Positions 1-12,413 of a DNA stretch of 64,000 nt are shown here, one piece after another. The stretch covers positions 310,001 to 374,000 of the forward strand of contig CATNEN010000039.1 of the NCBI GenBank assembly GCA_950097015.1, read 5' to 3'. The stretch comes from Macrostomum hystrix. Taxonomy: Eukaryota; Animalia; Platyhelminthes. The position numbers and the translations under genes are program-made. The notes under the pieces are model-generated. The model made no database searches. It was not told the origin of the DNA and saw only the letters and a program-made list of their open reading frames with translations. The stretch's first letter is position 1. Every line of letters begins with the position of its first letter.

Positions 1-277
1 GTGTGTGGCGCAAGTTATCAGTATATCAGTGGGCAATAAATTAGCAGGTGCGCGAAGATCACGCTGATAAGGGAAAACAGCCGTATAGCTGGAGCTGCGA
101 GAATCAGGTCGCAGCTTCGAAGACAGGGTGCAGGGTAGAGAGTTGAAATTGGGAACACAATTTTGCTTAGGTTCTAAAAATTGGCTAAAATCAAACGCAT
201 AATCTTCATGATGACATGCTAGCATTATAGAACGCGCTAACAATGACAAACGAGCTAAAAATGGCAGGTTGCCGGAG

Positions 278-3200
278 TCAGGCAAAGTACATGACCCGCA
301 TGGACTCTGGGTGCACAGTGACGGCCCGCAGCATGGCCGCAGGATTGTTTCGCTCGTCTGAGTTGCTGCCGCTCTTCTGCGAGCCCTCACCAGAGTCAAT
401 CTCCTTCTCCACGAGGTGGTAGCGGGCGCGGAAGGCCACCAGGTGGGCGTAGTAGGCCGGGGCCGGAATGCTGACGGACCGGGTGCAGCGCACATAGGTG
501 TGACACAGCTGGTAGGTTAGCACCTGCAGCTCGTCAGCGGAGAAGTGATTGTCGTCCCACAGCACATGGTAGTGCGAGGGCCGGCTCGTTCCCTGCAGAG
601 AGAAGGCTAACAAATGGAGGCCCGCACTAGAAACGGCAGCACAGAACGCTCAAACTGAGAGGCACACGAGGCCACCAACCTACAGGTCTTAACTCGGCAC
701 TTATCAAACAGGATCCGTAAAAACTCGGAGCCTTTTCGAGCATTTAGCCTAGAGCTTCGCATTAACTGTAATGGACTGTGCGATTCGAGCCTCACCTGAA
801 TGCCGGCATGACTGCACAAGTAGAAATCGAACTCAGTGGGGTGGGTGATGGTCTGATCCACGGCGGTGCCAGCGGGAATGTTGCCGCTGCGGCCCATGCG
901 GTCTGCGGTGTCTGCGCAGAACAGGCGGGTGTGGTGCCGCTTCTGCACCACCACGAAGGTGATGCCGGGCTGGTAGCCCATCTCCAGTCGGGTGCAGGCC
1001 TCCCGAATTGCCCGCAGCTCGTGACACTGCACAGCCAAAAACTGGCCTTCGCTAACCCCGTCGCGGTAGTACACGATGCGGGTGGGCTTGAAGCGCGTAC
1101 TTCGGTAAAAGTTCAGGAGAAGCTCGCGCACCATGGCGCACAGCTCGGTGATTTTCTCCTCCCGGTGTGCCTGCACCCGCACAGTGGCAGCGTAGCGGCT
1201 GGGGTGTGCATCCATGCTGGCTACCACGGCTGCGATGGACGGCTTGGAGCGGTCCCCAGCAGGCGGGTGCGTCACGTCGCCGCCCATGAAAATGATTGGT
1301 TCGCGGAACACGGGTGGCCGCATACCTGGCACCAGGATGGAGTTGATGCCGCCCAGCTTGACGTTGATCTTCAGGCACAGGTTGCTTAGCGTCTGAGGAG
1401 ACGTCTTGTTCACGTTCTTGGCCTGCACGCACTGGGTGGCCAGGCCGAAAAGTATGTCACCGACCCGCTTCACTTCGGCGTACACCTGCGGGATCGGTGG
1501 CAAATTTTTAACACCTGAAATGTCTTCAAACCTGTGCATTCCACCATGCGATGGTACGATAGCAGAAATTCACACTGCGCTTGCTACTCACAGGTGTCTT
1601 GCCTGGCAACACCACCACAATGAGCTGCAGCCCCGCGAATGTGTTCTTGAGGTAGCGGAACATCGGCTCTACCTGGTCCTGGCCGTTGGCGTACTTGCAG
1701 AAGCACGGCTGCCCACTGATCAGCATGCCGGCGTCCTGCGAGATGCGCTGCAGCTGCTGCGTGAACTGGCGCAGCATATCCTCCCGCACAGTGCGCTGCG
1801 GAGCAAAGCAGGCGATGGCCCACACCTTGATCTCGATGCCTGCGAAGAACTGCTTGCCACGCATGTCCCACACACCCTGCTGCGGCACTGCCTGTGCCCG
1901 CGTGCGCCCGCCGTACTGGATTTTCGGTGCCGGAAGCACTCGGCCGCCAATCTCTGCCATGCGCGTTTGAACCTGCGGGCGGGGCAACCTTCGGATACAT
2001 GGCCTGAGCAGAAGTCTTGCGACTGAATCTTGTCGCGAGTGCTTTGGTGAATACGCTGCTATGCTTCTCTACCAATTTGTTGCATCGATTTAGCGATGCC
2101 GTCAGCTGCAGGGGTTCAGGTGCGCATCGGTGCGTGGAATTGGCCACTTAGCAGAGCTGGTTGTTTCTACCTTGGCTGCTGTGAAATCGGATTCGCCTCA
2201 ATAAACAGTCCACCTGCGCCAGAGGCTGCGACTCAACGACGGTGCGACTCAAAGGCGGTGCTCAACAACGGCCGCAGCACCGGCTTCTCACGGCTAAAAG
2301 CTCAATACTTTCATCAGCCATCGTTGCTGAGTGCTAGGTGCACTCAGCACTCAAGGAGAGGGATAGAACCCAGGCCCTTTGTCCGGCTATTATCATTGGA
2401 GCTGCACGGTGGCAGTCATCTCAGTTTATGATTGCAACTCTTGGCTGATTCCGAAATCTTCAGCGAGAATGAACTGGCTAGCTACTGATGATCAACTCCC
2501 AGTGCCTTTGGAGATGGGTTGAAATTCACATATTTAAATCCAAAACAACCATAAATTTTGAAATCTATATCAATATCAATATCTATGTAAATACTTTAAA
2601 TTTTGTCGTGTGTTGTAATTAAAAAAACTCTAAATCATAAGATATTACTAATTCGCAAATTTCTAGTTGTACAAAAAGAGACAGGAGGTAAACGGAGATA
2701 GGGGGTGGAAGTCGACAGGAGGTGAAAGGAGACAGGGGGTGACAGGAGGTGAAAGGAGACAGGAAGTGAAAGGAGACAGGAGGTGAAAGGAGACAGGAGG
2801 TAAACGGAGATAGGGGGTGGAAGTCGACAGGAGGTGAAAGGAGACAGGGGGTGACAGGAGGTGAAAGGAGACAGGAAGCGAAAGGAGACAGGAGGTAAAA
2901 GGAGACAGGAGGTGAAAGGAGACAGGAAGTGAAAGGAGACAGGAAGCGAAAGGAGACAGGAGGTGAAAGGAGACAGGAGGTGAAAGGAGACAGAGTGTGA
3001 GGAGACAGGAGGTGAAAGGAGACAGGAGGTGAAAGGAGACAGAGTGTGAGGAGACAGGACGTGAAAGGAGACAGGAGGTGAAAGGAGACAGGAGATAGGA
3101 GATGAGAAGAGACAGACAGGAGGTGAAAGGAGACAGGAAGTGAAAGGAGACAGAGTGTGAGGAGACAGGACGTGAAAGGAGACAGGAAGTGAAAGGAGAC

Positions 3201-5494
3201 AGAGTGTGAGGAGACAGGACGTGAAAGGAGACAGGAGGTGAAAGGAGACAGGAAGCGAAAGGAGACAGGAGGTGAAAGGAGACAGGAGGTGAAAGGAGAC
3301 AGAGTGTGAGGAGACAGGAGGTGAAAGGAGACAGGAGGTGAAAGGAGACAGAGTGTGAGGAGACAGGACGTGAAAGGAGACAGGAGGTGAAAGGAGACAG
3401 GAGATAGGAGATGAGAAGAGACAGACAGGAGGTGAAAGGAGACAGGAAGTGAAAGGAGACAGAGTGTGAGGAGACAGGACGTGAAAGGAGACAGGAAGTG
3501 AAAGGAGACAGAGTGTGAGGAGACAGGACGTGAAAGGAGACAGGAGGTGAAAGGAGACAGGAGATAGAAGATGAGAAGAGACAGACAGGAGGGTGGATGG
3601 AGACAGGTGTTTAAGAACACAGTAGATGGCAATTATGTAGCAGTTCAGACAAGCCTAGCTGAGTCGTTTGATTTCCTAAATGCATTTCCCGTTCTTATTC
3701 ATGGCAATGCATCGCAGCAACACCAGAGTGCTAACCTGAATTCCGAAAGTCTGCAGGTGGCTGTCGTGGTTAAAGTTGGCGTTTCGCACCAGGTTGTTGA
3801 TCTCGCGCTCTCGGTCTGGCGCGGACCTGGCCGTGGCCTTGATCATGGTGGACGTCTGCGAGTCCGTCAGCTTCTTTATGCAGCGCTGGCCGCTGACAAT
3901 GTTGCACACCTCCAGTGGCAGGTAGGTGTGCTTATTCTCCTGTCCAACCTGTGGAGCGTATGCGTGCTTTTAAATTGATTAACTTTTATAATTTTTGTTA
4001 CACACTACTCCAATATTCCCAGCAGCTCTCCATGCTGCATTCTACAAGTGTACAATATTGCCTGGGCTGACAAAGCCAGGTCTTTTAGATTAGCTAAGGT
4101 CGAAGACTCAAAAGCAAGAGTTCACCTGCAGGCAGGGCAGCATAGGGTAGCGCAGCCGCATGCGGTACCGCTCGGCAAAGTACTTGGCCACAGTGCAGTC
4201 CAAAGTCTGGCCGTTTTCCATCTGCAGCGGGAAGGTCTGGGCGCCGGCAGGCTTGCGGGTGACATTGCACACGCGGTACTTGCGGCGCATCTGGCCACCG
4301 TGGGTGATCTCTATTTTCAGGCCCTTGATCTCCTTTGTGAACTTTACACGGTTGGAGTCGCTGAGCGGCTTTTTGCTGTACTCCTCCAGGTCGTGGGAGT
4401 CCAGCACGTCACGCAAAAAGTCACAAACGCTCTGCGCCTTGTAGAAGGCAGTGGCGGACACGTCGATGTTCAGCATCATCTTCCAGTGACTGGGCCGCAC
4501 GCTCTGGTGAAAACCAAACCAGACCTCCCGTCCGCTGCCCAGTGGATGCTCGTTGCTTGGCTGCGGCGGTTGGAAGAAAGACCGGCCCACGGGAGTGTAG
4601 TGCAAGCTGGGGAGGTGGCGCATGATCACATCCAGCGCGTTCACTGCGTCTGCCGGGATGCCTTGCCGGCGACCCTCCAGTGCCTCCTCTAACGCGAACA
4701 GCGAAACCTCACCCAGGTACTTGAGTGAAACTTTAAACACGCGATCGCGGCCACCCTCGCTGGGCAGCGTCACCTCCAGCTCTAGACGGTCGGCACCGAA
4801 TGGAAGTGGGTCTCTGTGGGTGGTAGCAAGCCGAGCTCACTGTAAGCAGCTGAATGGCTTCGTCACTCCCAGCTATAATTGATAAGTTTGGACTACAATA
4901 CACGTAGATATTCCACAGCTATAATCGTTGCTATGATAGGTGCCAATGTATACTATAAGTGCTGCGTCATGATCAGCGTAAGGCCAGCCACTACGAGAAC
5001 CCAACACTTTCCCAGCTGATCCCACAGTTCGCACCTTGTATAAAGATTCTTTCTGCCGTCAAACACTGGCCTTTGGTTGAAGAACAGGTTTTGATGGTGC
5101 ATAGAGTTTACCATGATGTCGATGATTTCTCGGTTGACCCGTCGAGGGCACTTGTCAGGTGTGATGGCCACGTCGTAGTGGTGAAGAAAACCCTTGGGCA
5201 GGCGGATCTCAAAGTGGTTGGCCCGCAACATGATGGGGCGGCCCTCCTGACCGCGGCCTGGCCGCATGGGAGGCTGAAAGACGATCATTGGCGACAGCTG
5301 GTCGCCGCCGGCGCCGCCGGCGCCGCCCGAGTCGCTGCCGCCGCCGAAGGCGGAGCCGGGACCCGAGCTACCGCCGCCGCCACCAGCGCCTCCGGTTGTG
5401 GACGAGGCGCCTCCGGAGCTCTGAGGTGGCGGTGCCTGAGGGTTAAAGCTGCCGCCGGGCAAGGACAGCGGCTGCGAGGCGACTCCACAGGACG
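278..5494 (-). CDS. AGO: Argonaute, miRNA/AGO clade (N, PAZ, MID, PIWI domains); 5' end unresolved
   Basis: Exons read from GT-AG sites, frame-consistent, in transcript order: 5494-5035, 4813-4126, 3948-3736, 1972-1592, 1485-796, 592-278. Motifs: [89 protein letters not shown]-terminal MYFA*. The first recovered exon starts at an acceptor in phase 1, so the start codon is not identified. Confidence 0.96.
2677..3590. repeat. Purine-rich minisatellite (~17 bp core GTGAAAGGAGACAGGAG with variants) in an AGO intron
   Basis: Direct tandem repetition; it accounts for the spurious ORF 2619-3632. Confidence 0.95.
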
Positions 5495-6033
5495 CTGCAA
5501 AAAGGAATAGCGGCGGCAATTATCTTGTCTGGCCAGGATTCAGGAAGTTGTATAGGTCGGAGGATGAGCCAACTTGTAGTACTTCAAGCGTACTAGATGT
5601 GCGTCAAAAGCAATTTTTTGTTTTGACTTGTAAAAATTAGAACTATAACCTTCTTGAACTGAACTTTTTAGCTAGAATGCTGGAATTTCATACGCTCGAA
5701 AATGTCATAGGTTGAGCCATATGCCTCAGATATTTCGCCTGAACAGACTTATTCATTTAAATATTTCTTAAAATGAACAGCCAGAATGTACATGACCATC
5801 TTAAAGTAATTTTTTTAACAAATAGTCAACTGGGGCTATTTCAAGATATTGAACCTTAATCCTGTGTTGGGTAAAAATTCTGATATTAGGCTTTACATAT
5901 TTTTGCACATATCTCTACTATAAAAAGGCACTCAAGGGGCCTCAATAAAAATACATTAGAAAGTAATTTTTTTGCAGTTTAACCAAACACTTACTGATTA
6001 CTACATTAAAAAAAGTATTGTATGTTAAAAATA

Positions 6034-6237
6034 TTACAATCGTTCTTTTAATAAATTATTTTTAGCACAGCAAACCAAAAAATGTTTTTTAACTTTAAAC
6101 TTACAAAAGGCAGATCCTGTGAAAGACGAAACCACGTCAAGGCTCGGCCGTTGTATTGGTTTGCCTTGGGACATCATAGAGTTGATAGAAGTCAGATTAG
6201 GAGGAAAAAGAGTATTGCAACCGATTGCCATTGTCAT
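6034..6237 (-). mobile_element. Possible degenerate Helitron/PIF1-like helicase C-terminal fragment
   Basis: FPPNLTSINSMMSQGKPIQRPSLDV loosely resembles the FPxxLAFAMTINKSQGxTLxxVGxD helicase motif; the similarity is weak. Confidence 0.25.
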
Positions 6238-7681
6238 TTTTAAACAGTTAGTACCTATCTTACTTAAATAAATTATAATATTTAAACTTAGTACGGGGAG
6301 TTAATCTCACATTCTAATTTTATGTGTTTCGAAGCAACGTATTCGATAACTAAAAAATACGAATACTTTTGAGATTAAACAAGTACACCAAAACATTTGT
6401 GATTTATATTATTAGTTCAATAAATCAACAACGTACGTATATATGTCCTTTGCTACATGCTACATATAGCTGCTTGCTTTTTATGTAGCATATTAACGTC
6501 ATTTTTTCTTTTGGGTGGTTTTAATTTGTTTAAGTGCACGTTTATATAACGAAACTTGACAAATTAAAATTTGAGATTTAGTATATTCGGACTCTTTTTC
6601 ACATGGTGTTAATTGACATGTAGTATTTGCATATAGTTTTAATTTTTTGTTTAATTTATATAGTATCAAAGTGGCTTTGACTGAATTTATATGGGTGATT
6701 TAAACGATTGCAGATATAAATCATTTTATCTATTTTGCGGATCAAAGAGTGATGATTTTAACTCTAAATAAAACGCTATTAAAGTTAATATTATTTTATA
6801 GCACTTTAGACAACTTCTAATTGTTCAATTTTATTTCAAGGATTACAATAGCTGAATCCGTTTTTGCGAGAAAAAGTCCACATCGGTAGCAAGTCGACAC
6901 TTCGGTATAGCTAATCATGACTGTGAGAGATACAATTCAGACTACTGACAACAGTAGAAAAGCAAATACTTGGCTGCAAAACTCTCACATAACACTAAAA
7001 AAGTATCGCCATAAAAATCTCAAGCTTAAAAGAGACTTCTGTGCACACTAAGAGTGGTGGGAGAGGACGGCGTGTGGCTATGGCTGACTGACGAAGGCAA
7101 ACAAGCCAGAAACCGGTCTCGGTCTGCCAGCGCGAGGTTCGTTCCCCACTTTTAGTGTGTTACAATGACCAATTCGAAATAGCCAATTCGAAAAAATGAT
7201 CTGATCTACGTAAGTATAATTCTTGCGACTGCACTGTGCGAACATGGTGTGAGTGCACTTGCTCTGCGAGCTAAACTGTATCACCCTTTTCGGGACCGGA
7301 CCCACTCAGGTCCCTCTGTCTGTCTCCCTCCGCACAGCCCATGTACTCGTGACCGAAGCCTAAGGGCCCAAGACCCAGACTGGCGGGGCTGTGGGCACAG
7401 AAATGTAATGGTGCGCTTCCCAAAATTGGGAAAAATTATAAAAACCGCCAACATAGTTCTAGCGTCCGCTCAAGAGAGCTGTCTAATTAAGTTATTTGTG
7501 CTTGCTTATTGCACGGTCAGAACAAGCAAATGTCTGATCTAAAACATCAATGTAAGGCAAACTCTTTCCATCTTTTTTCTCTTTACGCAATATTAGATCA
7601 AATTAAAGTTTTGTCCTTATTCAATGTGAATCAATGACATGAAATAAATACATGTACGAGTACACGCACAATTGCAGTAGA

Positions 7682-8276
7682 CAAGGACCACTAGCAATGA
7701 ATTACTTTGCGCGCATAGTATTAAATCAAATTATTTATTACTATGCGCGGGACTACTAAATTACTCGAGAGGGGAAACGGCCAATTAATGCAGAAAAGTT
7801 TGAGTCAGATTTTCGAAGTTTTCTGCTGACCAGAATTTTACTCGTGGGAATTTAGCTTTTTCAACACGTCAGCAAAAAGTACACCTTTGTAACCTGCAGC
7901 AACCAGTTTTAACCGAAACACTTTTAATTATGGAACACGTCTTAACAGCAACCCCAGGTTCCGATAGCAACATCCATGCAAAAAACTGGGGCGCTCAAAG
8001 CAGCTAAAAGTCAATGTCCATGACATAAACCAGTTGCGTGACTTTCGCTAATGCAAAATCGCTGTATATGAATCGGTTCGTGTTGAATTTTCCATGCAGT
8101 TTCTTTCGCTTTTTTCATTCTTTCCTACTTTATTTTCTTTGATTTGCGTGAGTTCACTGATGCCCAGAAAGTGCTGCGTTGCTGCATGGTTGCAAGTCCA
8201 ACTATACGAGTATCTGACAGAAAAGACTGCAGTTAAAGTGTTTACATTTCCAAAATATCAAATAGAGTAGTCCATG
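7682..8276 (+). mobile_element. Decayed P-element-like transposon with a frameshifted THAP-domain start
   Basis: CAAGGACCACT at 7682 matches the terminus of the element at 52256, and a near-complement AGTAGTCCATG ends at ~8276. 8160-8255 reads MPRKCCV / GCKSNY / TAVKVFTFPK across frameshifts, the THAP N-terminal pattern. No TSD was recovered. Confidence 0.55.
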
Positions 8277-9194
8277 TAAATTATCCTAATAATTTTGTTG
8301 CTCATCCACATCCCGCCGTTTTATACTTTCTTTTCTATAGCTTTCATCAATCTTATTGCGTAGAAATCATGCGCCCTACCTTCGTCCGCGGCAATAATTC
8401 ATATTTTTATCCCAGACACGAAGTGACGTGGAAGCTGAGCCTTAACCTGTGATTCGCATAGAGTCACTATCTTCGGCCATGGACCTTGGGGGTGAGCCAA
8501 AAGTGCATTCTCTCCAAAAGAGCGGAAGACCTGTTTCGTCAGGATCGGTGGTTTGTGCTGTCCCGTAGGTAGCTGCCGCTGCCCTGCCTAGTAGGTTCTA
8601 ACTTTCACAAACCTGGTCATTTCCCTTTGGTCCCTGGGATCTTGGCCACTCTATCACACCCAAAGCTACCAAGTACATCAGAGGTGGGGTATACGTACTC
8701 GTAGTTGCGGAGAGATGAGGCTGGCCGGTTCTCCCATTGCTATCCCTCGGGAGCCGGCACCACCATCACGAGCTAGGAGCTGAAAGGTGCGACATCAGTA
8801 AGATAGATGAGATTATTCAATTTCTTAACTGGCCTATTCCAACACCTATATTCTCCAACTGCGAGGACGCTTGTGGTCAACTGTAATTATTGTTGCAGCG
8901 AAGGCCCGACAAATTCAATAGGATACCTAGCTACCTCTCTTTTGTTAAACATCGAGATCCTCGGGGTCGATGTCGCGTACTGACAGAACCAAAAGCTTCT
9001 ATCAAGACCGCACTTGCTGACAACTAATTCATCCAGACGAGAAACGTTTCGCCAACGAGGCTATACTGCGGCCGGGCAACGGAAATTAAGTAAAGACCGG
9101 GTGGGGTCGCAAGCTTTTCAGTTGTGCGGAGGTCTTCGCCTGGCTCTTCGCCTTCGCCTTCGCCTTCGCTCTGGCGAAAAGGCCAGATACTTAC

Positions 9195-9300
9195 CAACTC
9201 GATCGCAACAGTGAGTGTGAGCTACATGACGCGGACATGGAGAAGCGGCAGAGTGAAAGCGGGGAATCAGGATCGCGGAACAGTCAAAATATAAATAGTT
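9195..9300 (-). other. Candidate 5' exon of Argonaute
   Basis: Strong donor TTG|GTAAGTAT at 9195/9194 beside a GC-rich tract; the upstream boundary is approximate. Confidence 0.4.
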
Positions 9301-12300
9301 TGTTCAACCTTCGATTAGACGGGCCGGGCCAAGTTGTTGGTCTGCCGGGGGCTTTAGCCCTAGGGTTGATGCTTCCACGTACACGCGGCGAGTACTTGAG
9401 CCCCGGCGTGCGCTCTCGCAGGGGTGGCCCAGGACTCACGCCGGATGGAGCGCAGATTAGCCGGTCCCCTCAGGTCAAGACAGGCAATTAACAAAGGGTG
9501 GTTGCGCTGGCCCACCTGGCTGCAGCCCGGACCGGTTTATCTCTCCCTGTAAATCTATAAAAATAGAGCACAACATTCAATGACGCGCTACACAGCAATA
9601 ACATTAATGTTGACCTACAACTCAAACAAAAATTTACATCAAACAGAAGATGGCTCACGCTGCGTCGCTACAAAGCTTTGGCAATACCGATAAAATCCAA
9701 AAAAGCCAAACTTCAACCTGGATGAGCAGTCGTCCTTGAGTCGAAACGGGTGCCACCTCTGGTGCTCGGCGGCAAGCCGAGCCAAAACACGCGAAAGGCC
9801 AAGTCATACAAAACTTATATATAAGTTATATGTTGCGCGCTCGTAAACACTACTCGGTACAAATTCTAGCACAAAAGACAATATTTATTGTTAATCATAA
9901 TATTCCGGTTTTTGTAGCTTGCCGTGAATCCTTCAACCGTGCAAGCGTTACATGTTCTGTGATTTCTATGAATGTGAACCGCTGCCAATTAAAAAATTGT
10001 GAAATTATCAATTTGGTTTTTCCCTGTCAGAAAAAGTTAATGTGGCCTAGCAATTTATACAAGCTGGCTAGGCCTATCTCATTTTGTAGGGCCTATAGTT
10101 AGCCATTTATGTCAAATGGCAAATGTAGTTTATACCCAAATCCCACCCACAAATATGTCCTACTCTTACTCATTATTGTCATTGATTGACCGATGAGATA
10201 CATGTATATAAGGCCAGCAGTTGACATACATATATATATCTATCATTTTTATTATACTGTGCAGTTGTGGCGTGGTGTTTTGGTATTGGACAAGAGTTTT
10301 TGCTTTTATGTAACATTTAGATTGTAATGCATGCAGTGACCAATAAGCATCATGGCTAAACCAGACATTAGGGCCAGCTATGCCTATGCCCCTAGGCCCT
10401 AAGCACTATGTCCTTTTTTAAGTTCCATCCATTTATCCCATGGCCCTTTTTCTATTGGAATTACTCCTTTATTAATCACAATTCACATTTATATTTGTTA
10501 GCACTATGTAGCATGAGTGGCATAACTGGACAGATGCCATGAGCCATGTATATGTATGTTACTATTCAGTTAGGCCTATTTCATTGGCTTACTGATTTTA
10601 GATTCCAGTCTTACCAAGGGCAAGGCTCCAATGGATCAGAGTTGCCTAATCTTCCTTAAAACACTCAGTTAATAATTAATTATCCTATTTCCATATTGTG
10701 CAATGTCCTCTCTCCTCTCTCCTGCTCCCTTTCTCCCTCTCCTTCTCTCCCTCTCAGTCCAGCACTGGCATCTCGTCTGACTGAGTCAGTGCCACGGAGT
10801 TGAGTGAGTATGGTTTTAGTTGCAGGGCACTGCCAAATTTATTACAATATGTTGAGATTGAAAGCTGGATTTGAACAAGTGCATATAGCCTAATGTGCTA
10901 GGTTAGACTAGGTTAGACTAATGTGCTAGGTAAACTGCTAGGCTAGACTCTACTGATCAGCTCCAATAAGAGCGAATGCTTCTGGAGTTGGCTTGGTTCG
11001 AATCCAGATTTCATTTTTTTACGATACATATCGGAATCTATTCAAACAGAGTTTTGAAATTCAATGGACAGTGTCCTCTCTCCTCTCTCCCACTCCTTCT
11101 CTCTTGCTACTTTGTGTATGTTTTTTTTCCTGTATATATTTATTCTCTCCTTAAAACACTCAGTTAATAATTATAATATTTCCAACTCTTTCAATTTTAT
11201 TTTAAAGTTATTATTAGTAGAAGGTTTATTAGCAGAATACTAGACTAAAAACAATAATGTTTGAGTAGGTTAAAGCATGCATCTTTATACAGTATTGGGG
11301 GAGGGAAATTCTGGTGTATTTATAGAAAATATAGCATAAAACAAAACAAGTGAAAACTTCTTATCAGAGACAATTTTGTGCAAAACTAAATTTTCTTAAA
11401 TGATAAGATAACAGAAAGCTTAGGCTACAAATTGAATTTTCAAAAAAGAATTTCAGAAAAAAAAATTTATTTGGCATTTCTAACTGCAGAAAAATCAAAA
11501 TACTTATTGGCATAAGATGACTGGGAAGCCACTGAAGCTCTAGCAAAGTAGATTAAAGAGATATTTATAATCAGAGAATAGCTGTTTAAGACCTAGGACT
11601 AGGTAGCCATGTATGCAATAAATACACATTTGTAAAAAATTTAATTGAAAGACTCATTATAGAGTTTGCTGTTTTAGAAACATTTTAGAAATAATGTCAT
11701 TAGGTATAAAAAATAAATCAGTATCCATTCATGACATGCAGCTCATAATAATTAGTAGCCTTGATAAGTAAAGATGCCTCTTTTAATAGAGAGAGTTAGA
11801 ATTTTTAAAAACAAAATAGTCTTTTATAAAAAGTCTTTATTGAAAATACTGTCCTAGTAACAAAAATGTTTTTTTAATATTTGTTATATTATATTATTCA
11901 TTCTATAGTTGCTTTTGATGAGGTCTTCAGAAGCCATAACAATTATATGGGCAGTAAGCATTGAGGATATCCTACTGACCCACCACAAGTCCTGAAAATG
12001 CTAAAGCTGGTGCTAGTCTTCACTTGAAATTCCAGAATTTTGTTTTTAAATAATTTGTATCAAAAGTTTTGTATTATTATTTGTGTCAAACCATCTATGC
12101 TCATCCCATCCCTCAGAAATAATCTTTGTATTGCTTTAACATAGGACCTCAGGCCCTTCCTTTCTTTTTAGATGACAATACTTAGGTATTGCTAATGAGT
12201 TGTAATGATGAAAAATAGGATTATGCCTATACTAATTCACCAAGAATACCATAGTAGCAACTTGTTGCAACATTTTTGTATATCCAATATTTTGTATATT

Positions 12301-12413
12301 TGTATATATTAAAATATTTTCTCGTAAGTGATATAAAGCTATCAAGTTTTTTAGAATTACTTGTCAGTGTAAATATTATCTTTCCCTCAGCACCTGTGTC
12401 CCTGCCTACGCCC

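Noticed and set aside
778-2026. Antisense ORFs over Argonaute, and similar ones over AGL, pol and the RhoGEF
   Set aside because: Shadow ORFs expected from GC-rich codon usage, with no recognisable motifs.
8528-8545. Hammerhead ribozyme core (CTGACGA...AAC on the minus strand)
   Set aside because: There is no stem II between CUGANGA and GAAA; it is only a short hairpin.
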